Below, in pieces: positions 1 to 11,377 of a stretch of DNA of 64,000 nt. The position numbers were made by a program, and so were the translations under genes. Source of the stretch: an uncultured Bacillota bacterium (GTDB lineage Bacteria; Bacillota; DTU025; MWDF01); the NCBI GenBank assembly GCA_963823655.1, contig CAWGMK010000010.1, positions 256,001-320,000 of the forward strand, in the 5' to 3' direction. How positions within the stretch are numbered: the first letter of the stretch is position 1; each line of letters opens with the position of its first letter. The notes beneath the pieces are model-generated. The model saw only the letters and a list, made by a program, of their open reading frames with translations. It had not been told where the DNA came from and made no database searches.

Positions 1-1543
1 CGCTGACACAAGGAATATCGCGGCGCTGATTGCGGTCATCGCCCTTACGAACGCGAATACGAGCGAAGAGAAGAAAGCGGGGGCGATAAGCGGCAGCGTG
101 ACCTTTGTGAAGGTCTTCTGCGTGCCGGCGCCCAGGTTGTAGGCCGCCTCTTCGATGGACGAGTCCACCTGCCTTAGTGTCGCGACGCCCGCTTGTATGC
201 CGACCGGGAAGTACCTGAAGACGAAGTTAAGCACGAGGATGGCAAGAGTACCTGTCAGAAGGAAAGGCCTGGTATTGAACGCGAGAATATAGCCTATGCC
301 TACGACGGTCCCCGGAAGGGCGAAGCTGAGCATGGATATGAAGTCCATGGCCTTCTTGCCGGGGAAGTTCTTCCTTACGACCAGGAAGGCTATTGCCATG
401 CCGAGTATGCCGGAGATGGGTGTCGAGATGCCCGCAATCAGCAGCGTATCCATGATGGCCTCTTTGCCCACGCCCCAGACGTATTCGAAATTCCTAAGCG
501 TAAATGAAGGGTCTATGCCCCAAAGCTTGGCGAACGCGCCCGCGACGATGACCCCATAGAAGAGGATCACCACGCCCGCGACGAATGTGCACAGCCCGAA
601 CAGAGTCCACTTCATACCCTTGCCTACACTTTTTATGGCTGTGTTGGTGGGCTTTCCCGTCACCGTTACATATTTGCGCTTCTCCACCCAGTACTTCTGG
701 ATGACGAAGGCTGAGATCGACGGGATGAGCAGTATCACCGAAAGGGCTGCGCCGCCCGGAAGGTCATACATGCCGGTGATCTGCAAGTATGCCTGCACCG
801 AAAGCGTCGGGAAGTCGCTTCCTGCCAGCACCAGCGGATTGCCGAAGTCGGCAAGGGATTCTATGAAGATGACCAGAAGCGCGCTTGCGATGCCGGGAAG
901 CGCAAGTGGCAGCGTAACCTTCCTGAATACCTGCGTCCTGGAGGAGCCCAGGTCCAGCGCCGCGTCCTCAAGGGTCGGGTTGATGGATTCGAGCACTCCC
1001 TTCAAGGTCAGGTAGGCGACCGGGAAGAAGGTCACTACCTGTGCAAACAGCAGCCCCTTGAAGCCGTAGATCGGGTAGTTGTAGATTCCCAGAAGCTTTG
1101 AAGTTATCAGCCCGTTCGAGCCGAACAGCAGCAGCACAGAGACCGCCCCCAGGAAAGGAGGCGATACTATCGGCACTATCGCCATGAAGTTGAAGAAACC
1201 TTTGAACGGGATGTCCGTTCGGGTTACGGCATACGCGAAAAGGAAGCCTACAAGCGAGCTTACCAAGCGCGGCCGCGGCCCCCATCGAAAGGCTGTTGTA
1301 CAAGGACTGTCGGACATAGGAGCTGGACAGCAGGTTCACATAAACCGCAAGCCCCGGATGCTCCTCCGACGCGAAGCTTTTCAGAAGCACCATGGCTATC
1401 GGGTAGATTATGAAAACCGCCAGCAGAGCGAATATGCCAAGTATGGAGGCGAAAAGGAAGGGGTCTTTCGAAAGGCGTACGATGCGCCTTATAAAGCGAC
1501 CGAAAGGCGAGGCTTTCCGGCCTGCATCAAGGGTTGTACTCAT
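1..1543 (-). CDS. ABC transporter permease, FbpB/AfuB (iron(III)/sugar-phosphate) type; 3' end runs off the window; frameshifted near 1260
   Basis: Hydrophobic protein with two EAA loops (LEDAALDLGSSR and IEEAAYNLGAG read on the minus strand); lies downstream of the binding protein gene. Confidence 0.85.
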
Positions 1544-1618
1544 GGTTCCTCCTAAAGCGAAAGGGAAGGCCCAAGTAGCAATTGCCGCCGCTCGGGCCCT
1601 CCTTGGCATAAGGCCGGA

Positions 1619-2630
1619 TTACTTGCTCTGCAGAACGTCAGCGATCCACTTATTGACTACGCGGGTCTTCTCGCCTGCGGCCCATACGGTGTCGACTTCG
1701 ATGGTGTTGATCTCATCGAAGGCGGGCATTCCTGCGGCAAGCTTCGCTTTGGGATGTATCGGGTAGAAGTAGGTCTTGGAGGATGCGATGACATTCTGTC
1801 CTTCCAGGGACACAAGCCAATCTACAAGGGCCTTCGAGCCTTCAAGGTTCTGGGCGCCCTTTAATATCGACACGGCCGGGGCCTCGTAGGTAACGCCCTC
1901 TGACGGGAATACCAGGGTCACAGGATAGCCGTCATCCATTGCCTTGAGCAGGGCGGGCGTGAACTGGATACCTATAGCCGCCTGGCCAAGGGCAAGGTTC
2001 TGGGAGGGCGCGGTGCCGGACTGGGTGTAGAGCTGGACGTTCGCATGGAGCTTCTTGAGGTATGCGAAAGCGGCGTCCTCGCCCCACATCTTGACGAAGC
2101 CGATCACCATGTTGTATCCGGTGCCGGATGTCTGCGGGCTGGGGTACTGTATCTGGCCCTTGAACTCGGGCTTCAACAGGTCAGCCCAGGTCTTGGGGGC
2201 GGTGAGGTTCATCCTCTTAAGGAAGTCGGTGCGCACGCCTACGCCCATCGGGTTCATGTAGAAGCATGTCCAATAGCCGTCGGCGTCCTTGAACTGGGGC
2301 TTAAGATAGGAAGCGTTGGGCGATACATATAGCTTGTGTCAGCCCGCGGGTCTTAACAGTGACGTGGTTTTCGCTCGGTGCGCCCATCCATACATCGGCC
2401 TGCGGATTGGCCTTCTCGGCCTCAATTCTCGCAATCGCCGGGCCCGACGACAGGAACACCATCTTATAGGGTATGCCGGTGGACTTCGTGAAGGCATCCA
2501 GGATCTTCTTCGCGTTCTCCTCGTCCACGCTGGAGTATACGGTAATGGATGCGGGTGCGCTGACGGCCGCCATTACCAGTGTGGAGAGCATCAGTGTCAA
2601 CAGGATGATGATAGTCAGGAATCTCTTCAA
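1619..2630 (-). CDS. ABC transporter substrate-binding protein (AfuA/FbpA-like), split by a frameshift near 2320
   Basis: Signal peptide, IEAEKANPQADVWMG, PKTWADLLKPEFKG, PSPQTSGTGY, FPSEG motifs across ORFs 2301..2630 and 1619..2257. Confidence 0.85.
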
Positions 2631-2686
2631 GCTTATCCCTCCTCAGTTCATTATTGGCTTTAAAGCTATTATACTATGCGCTTGGC

Positions 2687-3983
2687 CTAGTTTCCTCCAG
2701 AAGGAAGGGAAGCGTTTCCGCCCTGCTGCCTGATAATCTCCCTCAGCGCAAGGCTTATCCGGTAGGCAGGGTGGGTCGCATCCTTGAACAAGAACTTGTA
2801 ATAGCCCTCTTCAGTGCATACAAGCAGCCAATTGGGCTTGTATATGTGCATGGGCAGGACCCTTACCGACTTCATTTCCGAGATGGGGATTTCCAGGGCA
2901 GTCGATGAGTCCGCATTGATCGCCTTAAGCCCGCTGGCTCCGACTTCAAGCCTGTTTGCGAAAAATTTCTCAGGCCTTCCCAAACGGCGGCTGTTGAAGC
3001 CGCTCCCGGATGCTATACCATTGATGCTTCCCTTCGCTCGGACCAGCTCAGCCTTGCTTAAGGCATATACCCTGTGAAAAGCTGCCTGTCTCTGAGCTCG
3101 CGATTAACCGCTTCGAGCCAGTTGATGCCCTGTTTGCGATGCCATTGCCAGATGTCCGTAATCCCCGAACTCCCCCCGTCTGAAACCCTAAGTGAGGGGT
3201 CAATATTCGCTTTGTATCCGCATGACGGGCATTCGATGCTAGTCTCAGAATCCAACAGGCCTTCCGTCTGTTTGCATGCAGGGCACATGAAAAGCATCTT
3301 GGAAAGGCCGGAGGCGCACTTGCTGCCGTCGTATCTATGGAAGCCCCCTCGCCGGAGAGCACCCATTCCCTTTCCGAATGTGAGAACGCCCTCTAAGCTT
3401 TAACAAGCATGGCTTCGTCGTCGAGCTCCTTAAGCTCCTCCTCATCGAGTGCCAGCTTGAATGAAAGGTCCACCCTGCCGCGCCGCACGGATGCCGCCCA
3501 TCTGGGGTAAGTCATGTAAGCGCCCTTCTCCTGGAAGATGAGCACCGGCAGGCCGATATAGCGTACGAGCTTAACTATCTCAGACGGCAGCTCTGCCGCA
3601 TCACCGTCCCAGGTAAGGTCTCCTTCCGGGTAGAGGAGTATCGAGCGGCCCGAAAGAGCCGCCCTTTTCATCTGCCTGATGGACTTCGCCTCATGCAGGT
3701 CCGCCTGCTTCCAGATGAGGCCTAGATGGCTAAGCAGCCTTGCTACGAACGGATTGCGCTGGAAGATCTCGTGGATTACGATCACCGGCATCTCCTTTAG
3801 CTGAAGGAGCACAAATGCCAGGTCGTATATGCTTACGTGGTTGGATATGATCAGGTAGGGTTTTCCCGCGTTCGATGGCGCAGGCGATGTCAGCTTGTAG
3901 TTTGTGATCCTTTTCATCCATGCTGCGATGAAGGGCCTAAGAAGTGTGATCGCCTTGCGCCTTGATGTAAGCGGATTTGACAT
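2687..3983 (-). CDS. Lysophospholipid (PlsC-like) acyltransferase with C-terminal Zn-ribbon domain, frameshifted
   Basis: NHVSIYD (HX4D) and LYPEGD motifs; CPAC...CPSC in the next frame; paralog of 8150..9431. Confidence 0.8.
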
Positions 3984-4211
3984 GCCTATCCTCCAGGTGT
4001 AAAGCTTTGGGCGCTGAATATTTTGCTTTGTGCCCTATTATAAACATATAGAACCGAGGATAATACCAGTCAGAGCTCGAAAACATATGTAAAAATGCAC
4101 ATGCAAGGCGCAACCCGGCAATTTGGCGGATGACAATGCAGCCTGCCGCTTCATAATGGCGAGTTTCGCGCTGTGGTAATATATTCTTGATTTCGCTTCT
4201 TCGGAGGAGAT

Positions 4212-5132
4212 ATGGACGCACTTGTTGGCTATACGGGCTTTGTAGGATCCAACCTTATGGCACGGCATGCCTTCGGCGCCGCCTTCAACTCTGCGAATAT
4301 CGCCGATGCCTTCGGCCTTGAGCCGGATTTGCTCGTCTTTGCAGGCCTTAGGGCCGAGAAGTTCATAGCCAACAAAGAGCCGGAGAAGGACCTTGAGTCC
4401 ATACGCACGGCCATGAAGAACATCGAGGCCATAAAGCCAAAGAGGCTGGCCCTAATATCCACAATAGACGTATATCCCGACCCGTCAGGGAAAGACGAGT
4501 ACGATGCCATAGACGAATCCCTCCTGGAGCCATACGGTAAGCACAGGCTCCTGCTTGAACACTGGACCAGGGAGCGCTTCGAGCACAGCCACATCTTCAG
4601 GCTCCCCGGACTTTACGGAGCGAATCTAAAGAAGAACTTCATATACGACATGATGAACAGGGCGCCCTCGATGTTAACGCAAAAGAAGCTGTCTGAGCTG
4701 GCCATTAAGGAGCCCGGGATTGCTGACTTCTATGAACCGGGCGAAAGCGGCTTCTTAAAGCGGCGCGCCCTGGATGCCGCGTCCCTTGCAGTGCTTCTAG
4801 AGCTTCTAGGCCGTACGGGCTTCAGCGCTCTAGATTTCACCGACTCAAGAGCCCGCTTCCAGTTCTACAACCTGTCCCTGCTTTGGGACCATTTAGCGGG
4901 CGCGATCGACAGGGGAATCGGGTTGTTGAACCTTGCGACCGAGCCGGTTGGCGCCGGCGAGCTTTTCCGCCATGTCTATGGGCAGGATTTCGAAAACTTG
5001 CTGGAGCGCAAAGTACCCTCATACGATTTCAGGAGCCTGCATGCGGAGGATTTCGGGGGCAGGGGCGGATACATCTTCGACAGGCAGTTCATACTTGATG
5101 ACGTCAAAGCTTTCGTAAAGGAGCGGCAATGA
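4212..5132 (+). CDS. NAD(P)-dependent epimerase/dehydratase-like sugar-nucleotide protein
   Basis: GYTGFVG Rossmann motif, ISTIDVY, YGKHR, RLPGLYG; GGAGGAG RBS. Confidence 0.8.
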   Translation: MDALVGYTGFVGSNLMARHAFGAAFNSANIADAFGLEPDLLVFAGLRAEKFIANKEPEKDLESIRTAMKNIEAIKPKRLALISTIDVYPDPSGKDEYDAIDESLLEPYGKHRLLLEHWTRERFEHSHIFRLPGLYGANLKKNFIYDMMNRAPSMLTQKKLSELAIKEPGIADFYEPGESGFLKRRALDAASLAVLLELLGRTGFSALDFTDSRARFQFYNLSLLWDHLAGAIDRGIGLLNLATEPVGAGELFRHVYGQDFENLLERKVPSYDFRSLHAEDFGGRGGYIFDRQFILDDVKAFVKERQ

Positions 5133-5917
5133 GACTATCGGTTTCCAACATAGCCTGGGGGGCTGAGGATGACGAGAGGATGTACAAACACCTCTCGGAC
5201 ATGGGCTATGAGGGCCTTGAAGTGGCCCCTACAAGGCTTTTCGGCAAAGAGCCATACGTATATCATGGTCAGGTAAAGGAATTTGCTGCGCGGCTGCGGC
5301 AGGAATATGGCCTTGCCGTATGCTCCATGCAGTCCATCTGGTACGGACGTGAGGAGAAGATATTCGATGTCCCCCAACAAAGGCTGGCGCTTCTCGAATA
5401 CAGCAGGCTGGCGGCGGGTTTCGCAAGGGATATCGGGTGCGGCAATCTGGTGTTCGGCAACCCGAAGAACAGGATGATCGGCGGGCCTTCTGACATGGGC
5501 ATAGCTGTGGAGTTCTTCTCCAAGCTGGGGGAAATCGGGGAGAGCTTGGGCGTGGTCTTCGCAATTGAGCCCAACCCGATCATATACGGGACCAACTTCC
5601 TTAACACAACGACGCAGGCGGCAGAGTTCATAAGGCTTGTGGGCAGCGACAATATAAGGCTTAACGTCGATTTCGGCACCATTATCGAAAACCGCGAGGG
5701 AATCGACGTGGTGAGGGCGAACGTCGATATAGTGAACCACGTTCACATCAGCGAGCCTAACCTTGTGCCGATCAGGCGCTCGGATGCTCATGCAGAGCTT
5801 GCCGCCCTTCTTAAGGAAGAGCACTACGAAGGTTTCGTGTCCATTGAGATGAGAAGGCCGGAGCGGCCCGACCAACTGCTCGATGCCATGGAGTATGTTA
5901 AGGCCACATTTGCCTGA
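5129..5917 (+). CDS. Sugar phosphate isomerase/epimerase (xylose isomerase-like TIM barrel)
   Basis: SNIAW, EVAP, IEPN, DFG, HVHISEP, SIEM metal-ligand pattern; ATGA overlap with upstream gene. Confidence 0.85.
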   Translation: MRLSVSNIAWGAEDDERMYKHLSDMGYEGLEVAPTRLFGKEPYVYHGQVKEFAARLRQEYGLAVCSMQSIWYGREEKIFDVPQQRLALLEYSRLAAGFARDIGCGNLVFGNPKNRMIGGPSDMGIAVEFFSKLGEIGESLGVVFAIEPNPIIYGTNFLNTTTQAAEFIRLVGSDNIRLNVDFGTIIENREGIDVVRANVDIVNHVHISEPNLVPIRRSDAHAELAALLKEEHYEGFVSIEMRRPERPDQLLDAMEYVKATFA

Positions 5918-5934
5918 GTTGCCCGAAGGGGGGA

Positions 5935-7086
5935 ATGGGAAAATCAGCAGCGACATAAAAACCGGCAGATATGACAGGATAATCATAGGCGCCGGCTTGT
6001 ACGGCATCTATTCGGCCCTTTCCTGCGGCAGGCGCGGGGAGGAAGTGCTCGTCCTTGAGTACGACGATTCCTCCTTCGCCAGGGCCACCCACATAAACCA
6101 GGCCCGCATACATATGGGCTACCACTATCCGCGCTCGTATGCGACCGCGATAAAATCCATCGGGTATTTCGACAGGTTCTGTAAGGAGTTCGATTTCTGC
6201 ATACATTCGGACTTCAAGCAGATTTACGCAACATCCGCGGCGTTCTCATGGACGAATGCGGAGCAGTTCAGGAAGTTCTGCTCCGCGACCAAAATAATGT
6301 GCGAGGACCTGGATCCGAAGAAGTACTTCAACGACGGCATGTGCGACGGGGTGTTCCTCACTCAGGAGTACACTTATGATGCGCAGGTTCTAAAAAGGCA
6401 CCTTCTCGCTCAGCTGGAGGGCCTGCCGAATGTGAAGGTGAAGTATGGCGCAAGGATCGCCGACGTAGAAAAGACCGAGGACAGCTTCGTTCTGAGCATG
6501 GCTTCAGGGGAGAAGTACGAGACAGGCTTCCTTCTCAACGCGACCTACGCGTCCTCAAACCAGCTAATAAGCAAGCTGGGCTTCGAACCTTTCAAGATTA
6601 AGTACGAGCTGTGCGAGATGATAATCTGCAAGACGGGGCCCGCGCTCAAAGACATAGGCATTACTGTCATGGACGGGCCGTTCTTCTCTATCATGCCCTT
6701 TGGCAAAACAGGGATGCATTCGCTGACATCTGTGACTTTCACCCCGCATAAGACCAGCTATGAGTGCCTTCCCACATTCGACTGCCAGCTTGAATAGCGG
6801 GGGCACCTGCTGCCCGCAGCAGCTTGGCAACTGCAACTCCTGCCCCGCGAAGCCGAATACGGCCTGGGTCTACATGTCCTCCATGGCCAGGAAATATCTT
6901 AAGAAGGAATATGATTTCGAGTACGTAGGTTCAATGTATTCGATGAAGCCGATATTGAAGGCCTCGGAGATAGACAATTCCAGGCCGACAGTAATAAGGC
7001 AGCATTGCGCAGGACCTACATTCATAAGCGTGCTGTCGGGTAAGATCAACACTGTATATGATTTGGACGAGGTGCTGACGACATGA
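5935..7086 (+). CDS. FAD-dependent oxidoreductase (DAO-like), frameshifted near 6790
   Basis: IIGAGLYG dinucleotide motif, NQARIHMGYHYPRS, MDGPF, C-terminal SGKI in ORF 6760..7086. Confidence 0.85.
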
Positions 7087-8031
7087 TTATTAACAAGGAG
7101 AAGAACTTCGTCTCCGCAGTGGTCTATGTCCATAACAACGAGGCCCAGATAAAGGGCTTCCTTGAGCAGATACTCTCGGTGCTGGGGGAAAACTTCGAAA
7201 AGTACGAGATAATCTGCGTAAACGATGCCTCCGAAGACGACAGCGGCGCTGCTATCAGGCAGATGGCCGACCGGTTCGGGGATACGGTGGTAAGCATCAT
7301 AAACATGGGCTATTTCCAGGGCAGGGAGATGGCCATGAATGCCGGCGTGGACCTGTCCATCGGGGATTTCGTCTTCGAATTCGACAGCCTTGAGGCAGGA
7401 TTACGAGCTCGATCTCATCATGCAAGTCTACAGGCATTCGCTAAAAGGCGGCTTCGACATAGTAAGCGCCGCTCCGAAGCGGATCAATAAAAGGTCCGTC
7501 CGCTGGTACTACGGCTTTTTCAACCTTTTCTCCAAGTATCACCTGAAGCTGAGGCCCGAGTCCTTCCGCATACTGTCCAGGCGCTCGATCAACCGCGTAA
7601 GGGCGCTTACGGTGACCGTCCCTTACCGAAAGGCCGTCTACGCCAACTGCGGCCTGAAGATGGACTGCATCGTCTATAAACCCAAGGCCGTGGACAGGAA
7701 AGTGAAGGACAAGGCCATATCCAAGTACAGAAGCGCGCTTGCGCTGGATACGCTGATACTTTTCACCGACATCGCCGGCTGGTTCGTAAACGTCATGATA
7801 TTCGCGACGCTGCTATCGACCTTCGCGATAGCAGGCTACATGCTCTTCGTCTCCTTCGGCAGGAAGGAGCCTGTCGTATGGTGGATGGTGATGTCATTCC
7901 TGCTGTCTTTGGGCTTCTGCGCCCTTTTCACCTGCATGGCGACCATCATAAAGTACCTGTCCATCATAGAGGGCCTCGTGTTCAAAAGGCAGAGGTACGT
8001 AATCGAATCGATAGAGAAGATCGCCAAGTAG
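7083..8031 (+). CDS. GT2 glycosyltransferase, GtrB/ArnC-like with two C-terminal TM helices, frameshifted near 7395
   Basis: YEIICVNDASED, AMNAGVD, GDFVFEFDS, FRILSRR, two hydrophobic helices. Confidence 0.8.
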
Positions 8032-8098
8032 CCAAGGATTGCCGCCTGGCTCTATCTAACGCTGTAGGACAGGGAAAGGAAATGTCTTCAAAAAGAAA

Positions 8099-8124
8099 GA
8101 GAGCAGCCCGTGTGGGCTGCTCTC
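8099..8124. terminator. Intrinsic terminator between convergent genes
   Basis: GAGAGCAGCCC-GTGT-GGGCTGCTCTC hairpin with an A-rich 5' flank (U-tract on minus strand). Confidence 0.65.
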
Positions 8125-8149
8125 GCTACGTATACTAAGGGCTTTTCTG

Positions 8150-9431
8150 TCAGGCGCTTCTTTGCGCGATCGCCTTCTTGATGGCCAGAAGCCACGGGTA
8201 GCACGGATTGCCGGAGCCCACAAGCTGGATGTTTATATAAGCCTCGTCCGTCATCATAATCAGCCAGTTCGGCTTGTATATGCCGATAATGAACACCTGG
8301 ACGGACTTTATGTCATCCATCGGCACGAATAGGCTGACCCTGCCGTCTTTGGCAATGACCGTCACGCCGTCCGCCCCTAAAAACGCCAGCGCCGAGTCGA
8401 ACTTCTCCGGCATCTTTAGTATCCTGTGCGGGAAGCCCTGTTCGCCGGGCGCTCCCTTGTCCAATTCGGGGACGGGATAGATGCGCACTATCTCGGCATC
8501 GCACGGTGATTGATTCCAGGTGCAGCGACTTGTCCAAAAGCGCCGCGCCAACTTGCTTATCCCACTCATCTGTCTGCCAGTCGTGCCACTCCCAGATGTC
8601 CTTGAACTTTAAGTTAGAGGTCGACTTCACAGCCAGGTTGGCATCAACATCGGCCCTGAAGCCGCATTCACCGCACATGATGCCGGTATTATCCGATTTC
8701 ATGCAGGAATCCTTGCCGCAGGATGGGCACATGAAAAGCAGCCTCTCAAGGCCCAGCGCAGGCTTTGAGCTTGTAAACTGCTGGCCTTTGCCCTCACCTT
8801 CATAATGCCATCGCCTTTCCGAGTGATTGAAGGCGGCGTTGAGCTTCTCGAGCACCTGCTCGTCGGAAAGCTTTGCGAAGTCCTCGGCCTTCACGGCAAG
8901 TTCGTACTCCATATCAACCCTGCCGCGCCTTGCCCTGTGTGCCCAGCGCGGGAAAGCCATGTATGAGCCCTTTGTCCTGTAGACGAGCACCGGGGCGCCT
9001 ATGAACCTTGCGACCCTTGCCATGCCCAGATCTAGCGGCTGCGAATCCCCGTTCCAGTTAAGGTCGCCCTCAGGGTAGATGAGCACAGAACGCCCCGCCC
9101 TGACGGCCCTCTTCATCTGCCTTACGGTCCTGGCATCGGGAAGCCCCTGCATCCGCCACACCGGCCCCACCATGCTCAGCAGCATCATGAACAGCTTGTC
9201 CACAAGGTGCAGCTCGTGCAGCACTATGACAGGGTTGGGCTTTATCGTCATAAGCAGGTATGGCATTTCGAAGACGGAAACATGGGTCGAAAGTATGAGG
9301 TAAGGGGGTTTGAGCCCTGCCGGCGGAGGCTTAACCACCTTGCAGTTAGTGAGGTATCTGAGCCAGACGCTCATGAACGGCCTCAATATAGAGATGAAGA
9401 TCTGGCCCAGCACTTTCATATAACCTGACAT
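8150..9431 (-). CDS. Lysophospholipid acyltransferase paralog with Zn ribbon, frameshifted near 8500
   Basis: THVSVFE, IYPEGD, PRWA..RRGRV, CPSC...CGEC, C-terminal IYKPNWL shared with 2687..3983. Confidence 0.8.
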
Positions 9432-9712
9432 GCTATCTCCTTCTTGCGGGCGTGCCGCCGCATCAGCGCAATTCGTAGCAGGATAAGGGAGCCGTTGTTT
9501 CAGCTGATGGTTTAGATAATTCTATACGGCCCCGTCAATACCTTCCAGACCATAGAAGTGCTTTAAAAAGGGCATTTGGACTCTTGGATAGATAGTACTC
9601 GATTTCACATACTCAGAGCGCCAAAAGACTGCCTTGAATAGGTTGTGCTGCCCTTATTGTGGTATCATATTTTGATAGAATCACATCATTTACCAAGACG
9701 GAGTTGATCGGC

Positions 9713-10172
9713 ATGCCAGTGAAATCGGAGCAAAGGCCCAAAACTCGCCGAGGAACTTTTCTTAGCCAATTACAACTGTGCCCAATCAACATTAGCAGGC
9801 ATTTTAAGTGCCAAGCGGCAGGGCTTACGCTGACAGGATTAGATTGCAGGCGCCTTCGGCGCAGGCATAGCGCAGACCGGCGGCCTGTGCGGCGCCCTGA
9901 CCGGGGCTTTCATGGCCTTCGGCGTGCTTATCCCGATGAAGGATGACATCGGGGCCTGGAAGGCGGAAGTGGCCTTGGTGAGCAAGGAATTCATGGCGAG
10001 ATTCGCAGCGCAGTTCGGGGATACCGCGTGCAGCCGGCTGGCGGGATGCGACATGACTTTGGAGATCGAAAGGAAGGTTTTCCATGACGAGGGAGGGCGC
10101 GACAGAATCTGCACTCCCATGGTCAAAAGAAGCGTAGAGATGGCGCTTTTGCTGCTCAAGGAGCGCAAATGA
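9713..10172 (+). CDS. C-GCAxxG-C-C family putative redox protein, frameshifted
   Basis: Across frames: YNCAQS, FGAGIAQTGGLCGALTGA, FGDTAC, C-terminal C..MV. Confidence 0.75.
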
Positions 10173-11276
10173 AATCCGCAAGGGGCAGAAGGGAAGAGCT
10201 CCTATCCGAGATCATTGCGGACGGGCTCGACAAGCTGGCGACTTTGGACTTGCATGGAAGGGGCATCGTAGCTCCGATCTATGCGCATGCAAGAAGTGCC
10301 AGGGCGGCCTGCCGCTGTCCTTTATTTTCGCAAAAGCCTTAATCGAGCGCTCAGTAAAGGGCAGATCCTGCATAGTAGCTACCGGGTTCATGATAAGAAG
10401 GGCAATGCAGCCGGAGACGGACGGCATGACCGGCTCTGCGTACCTCTCCTATGTGCTTTCGAAGGGCCTGGGATTGACCCCGGTTCTTATTTGCGAGGAG
10501 GCGGCAATGGCCGCAGTCAGGGCAGCGGTAGGCGCGACTGGCCTTATACGAACTGCCGGGACTACCGGGAGAGGCAACAGTGCCCGCAGGCAACGGCGAA
10601 GGCTTTTTTGCGATAGGTTATCCCGCAGCGGGGCAGAATTGTGAAACAGAGCGGGAGAAAGCTGTCCGCGAAGCTTTATATGGGCTTAACCCTTGCCTTT
10701 TCATAACCATCGAACGGCCGGGGATGAACGCGAAGGGCATGCCTCATACTACATTCGGAGTTTCGACAGCTGACATAAGCGCACGGATAGAAAATGTGCT
10801 AAAAGACATGAGCGAGCGCGGCGTACCTACGTTCGCAGTCGGGAGATATGGGCAATGAGCTGGGAATGGGAGCGGTATCCGAGCTTGTGGGCGAGATAAC
10901 GCCATTCGGCAGGCAGTGCATATGTGGTTGTGGCGGCGGCGTCGCAGCGGATGCGAAGGCCGATTATCTTATGATGGGGTCGATCTCGGACGATGCCTGC
11001 TATGCGATAGGCGCGTCCATCGCCCAGCAGCTTGGACGCGACGAACTGCTGCCGGATGAAGAAATGATTCATCTCGCCCTTTCGGCCGCGGTCAAGGCGG
11101 GGGCCGTAGACGGGCTGACAGCCGAGAACGAGCTGTCTATAGATATGATAGCCTGGAAGGATCACGCCGGGATCATCAACCTAATGAGGGCCGCCGTAAC
11201 CGAAGCAAGGGGACATGACAAGGCCAGTCCTCAGTTCATAGACCATCTTTTAGGGCTTGAGAAACACGCGCTTTAA
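10169..11276 (+). CDS. D-glutamate cyclase-like (DUF4392) protein, frameshifted
   Basis: ETDG, IERPG, (G)DMGNELGMG, CICGCGGG, GAVDG motifs across ORFs 10390, 10580 and 10848. Confidence 0.75.
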
Positions 11277-11377
11277 GTAGTTGGAAAATGCAGGAAATCG
11301 GCAGTCGTCCGGAGAAATATTAATATTGGATTGCACGTAGTTCGTATCCAAATATATGACCGAAGGAGGACAGCAGT

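Noticed and set aside
5135-6007. Long antisense ORFs (e.g. 290 aa here, 221 aa at 42241..42906)
   Set aside because: Shadows of well-supported genes on the opposite strand, with no motifs or RBS
9713-10172. Selenocysteine in the C-GCAxxG-C-C protein (the family has Sec members)
   Set aside because: The relevant position reads TGT (YNCAQS), not TGA
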